Positions 39,075-52,207 of a stretch of 64,000 nt of DNA are shown one piece after another. The stretch lies in the NCBI RefSeq assembly GCF_009914755.1, contig NC_060946.1. One strand, written 5' to 3'. The notes beneath the pieces were generated by a model that saw only the letters and a program-made list of their open reading frames with translations, did not search any database and was not told where the DNA came from. Origin of the DNA: the human T2T-CHM13v2.0 reference genome, Homo sapiens. How positions within the stretch are numbered: the first letter of the stretch is position 1; each line of letters starts with the position of its first letter. The translations under genes were made by a program, and so were the position numbers.

Positions 39075-40910
39075 GATCACCCAGGTGATGTAACACATCT
39101 AAGTTCGGCCTAAAGGAGCTTTGTGACATATCTCTGCACTGATCGCTTAGGTGATGTAACACTTTTATAATCACTGCCTTCAGGGAATTTTGACAAATCT
39201 CTGCACTGATCACCTAGGTGATGTAACTCCTGTCTACCCTCTGTCCAACGGGGCATTGTGAAATACCTCTGCACTGATCACCCAGGTGATTCAACTCTTG
39301 ACTAGAAACTGGCTACAGACGTTATTGTGAAATATCTCTGCACTGATAAACTAGGTGGTGTAAACCTTGTCCAAGCTCTGCCTACAGGGGCGTTTCCACA
39401 TATCCCTGAAATGAAGACAAAGGTGATGTAACTCTTGCCTATGCTTTGCCTACAGGGAACATTGGACATATGTCTCCACTGATCACACAGGTGATGCATC
39501 TCTTGCTTAGGCTTTGCCTACAGGGGACATTGTGACATATCTCTGCACTGATCTCCCAGGTGCTATAACTTTAGTCTAGGCTCTGGCTACACGGCATTGT
39601 GACATATCACTGCACTGATCAACCAGGTGATATAACTCTTGTATAGGCTCTGCCTACAGGGGGATTGTGACCTACCTCTGCACTGATCACCCAGGTGATA
39701 TAACTCTTCTCTAGGATCTTCCTACAGGGTACTTTGTGACATATCCCTGCACTGATCACCCAGGTGATGTATCTCTGGTCTAAGCTCTGCTTAAAGGGGC
39801 ATTGTGACAGATCTCTGCACTGATCACTCAGGTGATGTAAGTATTGTCTAGGCTCTCCTTCAATGGGCCTTGTCACATATCTCTGCACTGATCACCCAGG
39901 TGATGTAACTCTTTTCTAGGCTCTGCTTCCAGGGCATATTGTGACATATCTATGCACTGATCACCTTAGTGATGTAACACTTTGGTAGGCTCGGCCTACA
40001 GGGGAATCTTGACATATCTCTGCACTGTTAACCGAGGTGATTTAACTCTTGTCTAGGCTGTGCCCACAGGGGGATTGAGACATATCTCTGCACTGATCCC
40101 GAGGTGATCCAACTCTTGCCTGGTCTCTGCCTACTGTGGACATTGTGACATATCTCTGCACTGATCTCCCAGGTGCTGTAACTTTAGTCTATGCTCTGGC
40201 TACACGGCATTGTGACATATCACTGCACTGATCACCCAGGCGATATAACTCTTCTCTAGGATCTGACCACAGGGTGCTTTGTGACATATCCCTGCAATGA
40301 TCACCCAGGTGATATACCACTTGCCAAGGCTCTGCCTACAGGGGCATTGCAATGTATCTCTGCACTGACCACCTAGGTCTTGTAGCTATTTTCTAGGATC
40401 TGCCTACAGGGTGCTTTGTGACGTGTCCCAGCAAGGATTACCCAGGTGATGTACCTCTCATCAAGGCTCTGCCTACAGGCACATTGTGATGTATCTCTGC
40501 ACTGATCACCTAGGTCATGTAATTTTTTCTAGGCTCTACCTACGATGGCATTGTGACATATCTCTGCACTAATCATCCAAGTGATGTAACTCTTGTCTAG
40601 GATGTGTCGAAATTAACTTTTTGACATAACCCTGTACTGATCATCCAGGTGATGGAGCTTTTATCTAGGCTCTGCCTAAGGGGGCATTGTGAAATATTTC
40701 TGCATTGATCACCCAGGTGGCGAACACTTCTCTTGGATCTGCCTATGGGGGCATTGTGACAAATCTCTGCACTGATCACCCAGGTGTCGTAACTGTTGTG
40801 TAACCTCTGCCTACAGGGGAATTGTGAGAGATCTCGCCAATGAACACCCAAGTGATGTAACCATTGTCTAGGCTTTGCGTACAGGGGGCTTTGTGACATA
40901 CCTTTCCACT

Positions 40911-42339
40911 GATCACCCAGGTGATGTAACACATCTAAGTTCGGCCTAAAGGAGCTTTGTGACATATCTCTGCACTGATCACTTAGGTGATGTAACACTT
41001 TTATAAGCACTGCCTACAGGGAATTTTGACAAATCTGTACACCGATCACCTAGGTGATGTAACTCTTGTCTACCCTCTGTCCAACGGGGCATTGTGAAAT
41101 ATCTCTGCACTGATGACACAGGTGATTCAACTCTTGACTAGGATCTGCCTACAGAGGTTATTGTGAAATATCTCCGCACTGATAAACAAGGTGGTGTAAC
41201 CCTTGTCCAAGTTCTGCCTACAGGGGCGTTTTCACATATCCCTGAACTGATGACAAAGCTGATGTAACTCTTGCCTAGGCTTTGCCTACAGGGGACATTG
41301 GACATATATCTGCACTGATCACCCAGGTGATGCAACACTTGCCTAGGCTTTGCCTACTTGGGACATTGTGACATATATCTGCACTGAACAACCAGGTGAT
41401 GCAACTCTTGCCTAGGCTTTGCCTATAGGGAACATTGTGACATATCTCTTCAATGATCACCCATGTGATGCAACTCTTGCCTAGGCTTTGCCTACAGGGA
41501 TCATTGTGACATATCTCTGCACTGATTTCCCAGGTGCTGTAACTTTAGTCTAGGCTCTGGCTCCACGGCATTGTGACATATCAGTGCACTGATCACATAG
41601 GTGATATAACACTTGTCTAGGCTCTGCCTACAATGGTCTTGTGATATATCTCTGCACTGATCACCCAGGTGATATAACTATTCTCTAGGATCTGACCACA
41701 GGGTGCTTTGTGACATATCCCTGCAATGATCACCCAGGTGATATACCACTTCCAAGGCTCTGCCTACAGGGGCATTGCAATGTATCTCAGCACTGATCAC
41801 CTAGGTCTTGTAACTCTTTTCTAGGATCTGCCTACAGGGTGCTTTGTGACGTATCCCAGCAAGGATTACCCAGGTGATGTACCGCTCATCAAGGCTCTGC
41901 CTACAGGCACATTGCGATGTATCTCTGCACTGATCACCTAGGTCATGTAACCTTTATCTCGTCTCTGCCTATGATGGCATTGTGACATATTTCTGCTCTA
42001 ATCATCCAAGTGATGTAACTCTTGTCTAGGATCTGCCTACATTAACTTTGTGACATAATCCTGTACTGATCATCCAGGTGATGGGGTTTTTGTCTAGGCT
42101 CTGCCTCAGGGGGCATTGTGAAATATTTCTGCATTGATCACCCAGGTGGCGAACTCTTCTCTTGGATCTGCCTATGGGGGCATTGTGACAAATCTCTGCA
42201 CTGATCACCCAGGTGTCGTAACTGTTGTGTAACCTCTGCCGACAGGGGAATTGTGAGAGATCTCGCCACTGATCACCCAAGTGATGTAACCATTGTCTAG
42301 GCTTTGCGTACAGGGGGCTTTGTGACATACCTTTGCACT
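40911..42339 (+). repeat. 21-monomer HOR variant (1,429 bp)
   Basis: One extra m7-like monomer (41317-41385). m9 (41524) is followed directly by m19 (41591), a loss of 9 monomers: 29+1-9=21. Confidence 0.87.
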
Positions 42340-45300
42340 GATCCCCCAGGTGATGTAACACATCTAAGTTCGGCCTAAAGGAGCTTTGTGACATATCTCT
42401 GCACTGATCACTTAGGTGATGTAACACTTTTATAAGCACTGCCTACAGGGAATTTTGACAAATCTGTACACTGATCACCTAGGTGATGTAACTCTTGTCT
42501 ACCCTCTGTCCAACGGGGCATAGTGAAATATCTCTGCACTGATCACCCAGGTGATTCAACTCTTGACTAGGATCTGCCTACAGAGGTTATTGTGAAATAT
42601 CTCTGCACTGATAAAGTAGGTGGTGTAACCCTTGTCCAAGTTCTGCCTACAGGGGCGTTTTCACATATCCCTGAACTGCTGACAAAGGTGATGTAACTCT
42701 TGCCTAGGCTTTGCCTACAGGGGACATTGGACATTTATCTGCACTGATCACCCAGGTGATGCAACTCTTGCCTAGGCTTTGCCTACAGGGGACATTGTGA
42801 CATATCTCTTCAATGATCACCCATGTGATGCAACTCTTGCCTAGGCTTTGCTTACAGGGGACATTGTGACATATCTCTGCACTGATTTCCCAGGTGCTGT
42901 AACTTTAGGCTACGCTCTGGCTACACGGCATTGTGACATATCACTGCACTGAACAACCTGGTGATATAACCCCTGTATAGACTCTGCCCACAGGGGGCTT
43001 GTGACATATCTCTGCACAGATCACACAGGTGATATAGCTCTCCTCTACGATCTGCCTACAGGGTGCTTTGTGACATATCCCTGCACTGATCACCCAGGTG
43101 ATCTAACTCTGGTCTAAGCTCTTCCTAAAGGGGCATTGTGACAGATCTCTGCACTGATCACTCAGGTGATGCAACTGTTGTCTAGGCTCTGCTTCAAGGG
43201 GGCTTGTCACAAATCTCTGCACTGATCACCCAGGTGATGTAACTCTTGTCTAGGCTCTGCTTCCAGGGCATATTGTGACATATCTATGCACTGATCACCT
43301 TAGTGATGTAACACTTGTGTAGGCTCGGCCTACAGGGGAATCTTGACATATCTCTGCACTGTTAACCGAGGTGATTTAACTCTGCTCTAGGCTGTGCCCA
43401 TAGGGGGATTGAGACATATCTCTGCACTGATCCCGAGGTGATCCAACTCTTGCCTGGTCTCTGCCTACTGGGGACATTGTGACATATCTCTGCACTGATC
43501 TCCCTTGTGCTGCAACTTTAGTCTAGGCTCTGGCTACACAACATTGTGACATATCAGTGCACTGATCACATAGGTGATATAACTCTTGTCTAGGCTCTGC
43601 CTACAATGGTCTTGTGATATATCTCTGCACTGATCACCCAGGTGATATAACTATTCTCTAGGATCTGACCACAGGGTGCTTTGTGACATATCCCTGCAAT
43701 GATCACCCAGGTGATATACCACTTGCCAAGGCTCTGCCTACAGGGGCATTGCAATGTATCTCAGCACTGATCACCTAGGTCTTGTAACTCATTTCTAGGA
43801 TCTGCCCACAGGGTGCTTTGTGACGTATCCCAGCATGGATTACCCAGGTGATGTACCGCTCATCAAGGCTCTGCCTACAGGCACATTGCGATGTATCTCT
43901 GCACTGATCACCTAGGTCATGTAACCTTTGTCTAGTCTCTGCCTACGATGGCATTGTGACATATTTCTGCACTAATCATCCAAGTGATGTAACTCTTGTC
44001 TAGGATCTGCCTACATTAACTTTGTGACATAATCCTGTACTGATCATCCAGGTGATGGGGTTTTTGTCTAGGCTCTGCCTAAGGGGGCATTGTGACATAT
44101 TTCTGCATTGATCACCCAGGTGGCGAACTCTTCCCTTGGATCTGCCTATGGGGGCATTGTGACAAATCTCTGCACTGATCACCCAGGTGTCGTAACTGTT
44201 GTGTAACCTCTGCCGACAGGGGAATTGTGAGAGATCTCGCCACTGATCACCCAAGTGATGTAACCATTGTCTAGGCTTTGCGTACAGGGTGCTTTGTGAC
44301 TTACCTTTGCACTGATCACCCAGGTGATGTAACACATCTAAGTTCGGCCTAAAGGAGCTTTGTGACATATCTCTGCACTGATCACTTAGGTGATGTAACA
44401 CTTTTATAAGGACTGCCTACAGGGAATTTTGACAAATCTGTACACTGATCACCTAGGTGATGTAACTCTTGTCTACCCTCTGTCCAACGGGGCATTGTGA
44501 AATATCTCTGCACTGATGACCCAGGTGATTCAACTCTTGACTAGGATCTGCCTACAGAGGTTATTGAGAAATATCTCTGCACTGATAAACCAGGTGGTGT
44601 AACCCTTGTCCAAGTTCTGCCTACAGGGGCGTTTTCACATATCCCTGAACTGATGACAAAGGTGATGTAACTCTTGCCTAGGCTTTGCTACAGGGGACAT
44701 TGGACATATATCTGCACTGATCACCCAGGTGATGCAACTCTTGCATAGGCTTTGCTTACAGGGGACATTGTGACATATCTCTTCAATGATCACCCATGTG
44801 ATGCAACTCTTGCCTAGGCTTTGCCTACAGGGGACATTGTGACATATCTCTGCACTGATTTCCCAGGTGCTGTAACTTTAGGCTAGGCTCTGGCTACACG
44901 GCATTGTGACATATCACTGCACTGATCAACCAGGTGATATAACCACTGTATTGGCTCTGCCTACAGGGGGCTTGTGACATATCTCTGCACGGATCACCCA
45001 GGTGATATAGCTCTTCTCTAGAATCTGCCTACAGGGTGCATTGTGACATATCCCTGCACTGATCACCCAGGTGATCTAACTCTGGTCTAAGCTCTTCCTA
45101 AAGGGGCATTGTGACAGATCTCTGCACTGATCACTCAGGTGATGTAACTGTTGTCTAGGCTCTGCTTCAAGGGGCCTTGTCACAAATCTCTACATTGATC
45201 ACCCAGGTGATGTAACTCTTTTCTAGGCTCTGCTTCCAGGGCATATTGTGACATATCTATGCACTGATCACCTTAGTGATGTAACACTTGTGTAGGCTCG

Positions 45301-48300
45301 GCCTACAGGGGAATCTTGACATATCTCTGCACTGTTAACCGAGGTGATTTAACTCTTCTGTAGGCTGTGCCCACAGGGGGATTGAGACATATCTCTGCAC
45401 TGATCCCGAGGTGATCCAACTCTTGCCTGGTCTCTGCCTACTGGGGACATTGTGACATATCTCTGCACTGATCTCCCTTGTGCTGCAACTTATTCTAGGC
45501 TCTGGCTACACGACATTGTGACATATCAGTGCACTGATCACATAGGTGATATAACTCATGTCTAGGCTCTGCCTACAATGGTCTTGTGACATATCTCTGC
45601 ACTGATCACCCAGGTGATATAACTATTCTCTAGGATCTGACCACATGGTGCTTTGTGACATATCCCTGCAATAATCACCCAGGTGATATACCACTTGCCA
45701 AGGCTCTGCCTACAGGGGCATTGCAATGTATCTCAGCACTGATCACCTAGGTCTTGTAACTCTTCTCTAGGATCTGCCTACAGGGTGCTTTGTGACGTAT
45801 CCCAGCAAGGATTACCCAGGTGATGTACCGCTCATCAAGGCTCTGCCTATAGGCACATTGCGATGTATCTCTGCACTGATCACCTAGGTCATGTAACCTT
45901 TGTCTCGTCTCTGCCTATGATGGCATTATGACATATTTCTGCTCTAATCATCCAAGTGATGTAACTCTTGTCTAGGATCTGCCTATATTAAATTTGTGAC
46001 ATAATCCTGTACTGATCATCCAGGTGATGGGGTTTTTGTCTAGGCTCTGCCTAAGGGGGCATTGTGAACTATTTCTGCATTGATCACCCAGGTGGTGAAC
46101 TCTTCTCTTGGATCTGCCTATGGGGGCATTGTGACAAATCTCTGCACTGATCACCCAGGTGTCGTAACTGTTGTGTAACCTCTGCTGACAGGGGAATTGT
46201 GAGAGATCTCGCCACTGATCACCCAAGTGATGTAACCATTGTCTAGGCTTTGCGTACAGGGGGCTTTGTGACATACCTTTGCACTGATCACCCAGGTGAT
46301 GTAACACATCTAAGTTCGGCCTAAAGGAGCTTTGTGACATATCTCTGCACTGATCACTTAGGTGATGTAACACTTTTATAAGGACTGCCTACAGGGAATT
46401 TTGACAAATTTGTACACTGATCACCTAGGTGATGTAACTCTTGTCTACCCTCTGTCCAACGGGGCATTGTGATATACCTCTGCACTGATCACCCAGGTGA
46501 TTCAACTCTTGACTAGGATCTGCCTACAGAGGTTATTGTGAAATATCTCTGCACTGATAAAGTAGGTGGTGTAACCCTTGTCCAAGTTCTGCCTACAGGG
46601 GCGTTTTCACATATCCCTGAACTGCTGACAAAGGTGATGTAACTCTTGCCTAGGCTTTGCCTACAGGGGACATTGGACATATATCTGCACTGATCACCCA
46701 GGTGATGCAACTCTTGCCTAGGCTTTGCCTACAGGGGACATTGTGACATATCTCTTCAATGATCACCCATGTGATGCAACTCTTGCCTAGGCTTTGCCTA
46801 CAGGGGACATTGTGACATATCTCTGCACTGATTTCCCAGGTGCTGTAACTTTAGGCTAGGCTCTGGCTACACGGCATTGTGACATATCACTGCACTGATC
46901 AACCAGGTGATATAACCCCTGTATAGACTCTGCCCACAAGGGGCTTGTGACATATCTCTGCACGGATCACACAGGTGATATAGCTCTCCTCTACGATCTG
47001 CCTACAGGGTGCTTTGTGACATATCCCTGCACTGATCACCCAGGTGATCTAACTCTGGTCTAAGCTCTTCCTAAAGGGGCATTGTGACAGATCTCTGCAC
47101 TGATCACTCAGGTGATGCAACTGTTGTCTAGGCTCTGCTTCAAGGGGCCTTGTCACAAATCTCTGCACTGATCACCCAGGTGATGTAACTCTTGTCTAGG
47201 CTCTGCTTCCAGGGCATATTGTGACATATCTATGCACTGATCACCTTAGTGATGTAACACTTGTGTAGGCTCGGCCTACAGGGGAATCTTGACATATCTC
47301 TGCACTGTTAACCGAGGTGATTTAACTCTGCTCTAGGCTGTGCCCACAGGGGGATTGAGACATATCTCTGCACTGATCCCGAGGTGATCCAACTCTTGCC
47401 TGGTCTCTGCCTACTGGGGACATTGTGACATATCTCTGCACTGATCTCCCTTGTGCTGCAACTTTAGTCTAGGCTCTGGCTACACGACATTGTGACATAT
47501 CAGTGCACTGATCACATAGGTGATATAACTCTTGTCTAGGCTCTGCCTACAATGGTCTTGTGATATATCTCTGCACTGATCACCCAGGTGATATAACTAT
47601 TCTCTAGGATCTGACCACAGGGTGCTTTGTGACATATCCCTGCAATGATCACCCAGGTGATATACCACTTGCCAAGGCTCTGCCTACAGGGGCATTGCAA
47701 TGTATCTCAGCACTGATCACCTAGGTCTTGTAACTCATTTCTAGGATCTGCCCACAGGGTGCTTTGTGACGTATCCCAGCAAGGATTACCCAGGTGATGT
47801 ACCGCTCATCAAGGCTCTGCCTACAGGCACATTGCGATGTATCTCTGCACTGATCACCTAGGTCATGTAACCTTTGTCTAGTCTCTGCCTACGATGGCAT
47901 TGTGACATATTTCTGCACTAATCATCCAAGTGATGTAACTCTTGTCTAGGATCTGCCTACCTTAACTTTGTGACATAATCCTGTACTGATCATACAGGTG
48001 ATGGGGTTTTTGTCTAGGCTCTGCCTAAGGGGGCATTGTGACATATTTCTGCATTGATCACCCAGGTGGCGAACTCTTCTCTTGGATCTGCCTATGGGGG
48101 CATTGTGACAAATCTCTGCACTGATCACCCAGGTGTCGTAACGGTTGTGTAACCTCTGCCGACAGGGGAATTGTGAGAGATCTCGCCACTGATCACCCAA
48201 GTGATGTAACCATTGTCTAGGCTTTGCGTACAGGGGGCTTTGTGACATACCTTTGCACTGATCACCCAGGTGATGTAACACATCTAAGTTCGGCCTAAAG

Positions 48301-51300
48301 GAGCTTTGTGACATATCTCTGCACTGATCACTTAGGTGATGTAACACTTTTATAAGGACTGCCTACAGGGAATTTTGACAAATCTGTACACTGATCACCT
48401 AGGTGATGTAACTATTTTCTACCCTCTGTCCAACGGGGCATTGTGAAATATCTCTGCACTGATGACCCAGGTGATTCAACTCTTGACTAGGATCTGACTA
48501 CAGAGGTTATTGTGAAATATCTCTGCACTGATAAACCAGGTGGTGTAACCCTTGTCCATGTTCTGCCTACAGGGGCGTTTTCACATATCCCTGAACTGAT
48601 GACAAAGGTGATGTAACTGTTGCCTAGGCTTTGCCTACAGGGGACATTGGACATATATCTGCACTGATCACCCAGGTGATGCAACTCTTGCCTAGGCTTT
48701 GCCTACAGGGGACATTGTGACATATCTCTTCAATGATCACCCATGTGATGCAACTCTTGCCTAGGCTTTGCCTACAGGGGACATTGTGACATATCTCTTC
48801 ACTGATTTCCCAGGTGCTATAACTTTAGGCTAGGCTCTGGCTACACGGCATTGTGACATATCACTGCACTGATCAACCAGGTGATATAACCCCTGTATAG
48901 GCTCTGCCTACAGGGGGCTTGTGACATATCTCTGCACGGATCACCCAGGTGATATAGCTCTTCTCTAGGATGTGCCTACAGGGTGCTTTGTGACATATCC
49001 CTGCACTGATCACCCAGGTGATCTAACTCTGGTCTAAGCTCTTCCTAAAGGGGCATTGTGACAGATCTCTGCACTGATCACTCAGGTGATGTAACTGTTG
49101 TCTAGGCTCTGCTTCAAGGGTCCTTGTCACAAATCTCTGCACTGATCACCCAGGTGATGTAACTCTTGTCTAGGCTCTGCTTCCTGGGCATATTGTGACA
49201 TATCTATGCACTGATCACCTTAGTGATGTAACACTTGTGTAGGCTCGGCCTACAGGGGAATCTTGACATATCTCTGCACTGTTAACCGAGGTGATTTAAC
49301 TCTGCTCTAGGCTGTGCCCATAGGGGGATTGAGACATATCTCTGCACTGATCCCGAGGTGATCCAACTCTTGCCTGGTCTCTGCCTACTGGGGACATTGT
49401 GACATATCTCTACACTGATCTCCCTTGTGCTGCAACTTTAGTCTAGGCTCTGGCTACACGACATTGTGACATATCAGTGCACTGATCACATAGGTGATAT
49501 AACTCTTGTCTAGGCTCTGCCTACAATGGTCTTGTGATATATCTCTGCACTGATCACCCAGGTGATATAACTGTTCTCTAGGATCTGACCACAGGGTGCT
49601 TTGTGACATATCCCTGCAATGATAACCCAGGTGATATACCACTTGCCAAGGCTCTGCCTACAGGGGCATTGCAATGTATCTCAGCACTGATCACCTAGGT
49701 CTTGTAACTCATTTCTAGGATCTGCCTACAGGGTGCTTTGTGACGTATCCCAGCAAGGATTACCCAGGTGATGTACCACTTGCCAAGGCTCTGCCTACAG
49801 GCACATTGAGATGTATCTTTACACTGATCACCTAGGTCATGTAACCTTTGTCTAGTCTCTGCCTACGATGGCATTGTGACATATTTCTGCACTAAAAATC
49901 CAAGTGATTTAAGTCTTGTGTAGGATCTGCCTACATTAACTTTGTGTCATAATCCTGTACTGATCATCCAGGTTATGGGGTTTTTGTCTAGGCTCTGCCT
50001 AAGGGGGCATTGTGACATATTTCTGCATTGATCACCCAGGTGGCGAACTCTTCTCTTGGATCTGCCTATGGGGGCATTGTGACAAATCTCTGCACTGATC
50101 ACCCAGGTGTCGTAACTGTTGTGTAACCTCTGCCGACAGGGGAATTGTGAGAGATCTCGCCACTGATCACCCAAGTGATGTAACCATTGTCTAGGCTTTG
50201 CGTACAGGGGGCTTTGTGACATACCTTTGCACTGATCCCCCAGGTGATGTAACACATCTAAGTTCGGCCTAAAGGAGCTTTGTGACATATCTCTGCACTG
50301 ATCACTTAGGTGATGTAACACTTTTATAAGCACTGCCTACAGGGAATTTTGACAAATCTGTACACTGATCACCTAGGTGATGTAACTCTTGTCTACCCTC
50401 TGTCCAACGGGGCATTGTGAAATATCTCTGCACTGATGACCCAGGTGATTCAACTCTTGACTAGGATCTGCCTACAGAGGTTATTGTGAAATATCTCTGC
50501 ACTGATAAACTAGGTGGTGTAAACCTTGTCCAAGTTCTGCCTACAGGGGCGTTTTCACATATCCCTGAACTGATGACAAAGGTGATGTAACTCTTGCCTA
50601 GGCTTTGCCTACAGGGGACATTGGACATATATCTGCACTGATCACCCAGGTGATGCAACTCTTGCCTAGGCTTTGCCTACAGGGGACATTGTGACATATC
50701 TCTTCAATGATCACCCATGTGATGCAACTCTTGCCTAAGCTTTGCCTACAGGGGACATTGTGACATATCTCTGCACTGATTTCCCAGGTGCTGTAACTTT
50801 AGGCTAGGCTCTGGCTACACGGCATTGTGACATATCACTGCACTGATCAACCAGGTGATATAACACCTGTATAGGCTGTGCCTACAGGGGGCTTGTGACA
50901 TATCTCTGCACGGATCACCCAGGTGATATAGTTCTCCTCTAGGATCTGCCTACAGGGTGCTTTGTGACATATCCCTGCACTGATCACCCAGGTGATCTAA
51001 CTCTGGTCTAAGCTCTTCCTAAAGGGGCATTGTGACAGATCTCTGCACTGATCACTCAGGTGATGTAACTGTTTTCTAGGCTCTGCTTCAAGGGGCCTTG
51101 TCACAAATCTCTGCACTGATCACCCAGGTGATGTTACTCTTGTCTAGGCTCTGCTTCCAGGGCATATTGTGACATATCTTTGCACTGATCACCTTAGTGA
51201 TGTAACACTTGTGTAGGCTCGGCCTACAAGGGAATCTTGACATATCTCTGCACTGTTAACCGAGGTGATTTAACTCTTCTCTAGGCTGTGCCCACAGGGG

Positions 51301-52207
51301 GATTGAGACATATCTCTGCACTGATCCCGAGGTGATCCAACTCTTGCCTGGTCTCTGCCTACTGGGGACATTGTGACATATCTCTGCACTGATCTCCCTT
51401 GTGCTGCAACTTTAGTCTAGGCTCTGGCTACACGACATTGTGACATATCAGTGCACTGATCACATAGGTGATATAACTCTTGTCTAGGCTCTGCCTACAA
51501 TGGTCTTGTGACATATCTCTGCACTGATCACCCAGGTGACATAACTATTCTCTAGGATCTGACCACAGGGTGCTTTGTGACATATCCCTGCAATGATCAC
51601 CCAGGTGATATACCACTTGCCAAGGCTCTGCCTACAGGGGCATTGCAATGTACCTCAGCACTGATCACCTAGGTCTTGTAACTCTTTTGTAGGATCTGCC
51701 TACAGGGTGCTTTGTGACGTATCCCAGCAAGGATTACCCAGGTGATGTACCGCTCATCAAGGCTCTGCCTACAGACACATTGCGATGTATCTCTGCACTG
51801 ATCACCTAGGTCATGTAACCTTTGTCTAGTCTCTGCCTACGATGGCATTGTGACATATTTCTGCACTAATCATCCAAGTGATGTAACTCTTGTCTAGGAT
51901 CTGCCTACATTAACTTCTTGACATAATCCTGTACTGATCATCCAGGTGATGGGGTTTTTGTCTAGGCTCTGCCTAAGGGGGCATTGTGACATATTTCTGC
52001 ATTGATCACCCAGGTGGCGAACTCTTCTCTTGGATCTGCCTATGGGGGCATTGTGACAAATCTCTGCACTGATCACCCATGTGTCGTAACTGTTCTGTAA
52101 CCTCTGCCTACAGGGGAATTGTGAGAGATCTCGCCACTGATCACCCAAGTGATGTAACCATTGTCTAGGCTTTGCGTACAGGGGGCTTTGTGACATACCT
52201 TTGCACT

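Larger units (their letters stand above)
3819..40700 (+). repeat. HOR subfamily B block (basic unit 28-mer, ~1,906 bp; m19/m20 fused)
   Basis: Units of 1,904-1,906 bp with hybrid monomer 'gatcacccaggcgatataactcttctctaggatctgaccac'. Diagnostic variants: m11 'gggtact', m13 'gtaagtattg', m15 'actttggtagg', m17 'ctactgtgg', m26 'gatggagc', m27 'ctctcggatc', m28 'tctcgtcact'. The right boundary is approximate. Confidence 0.88.
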
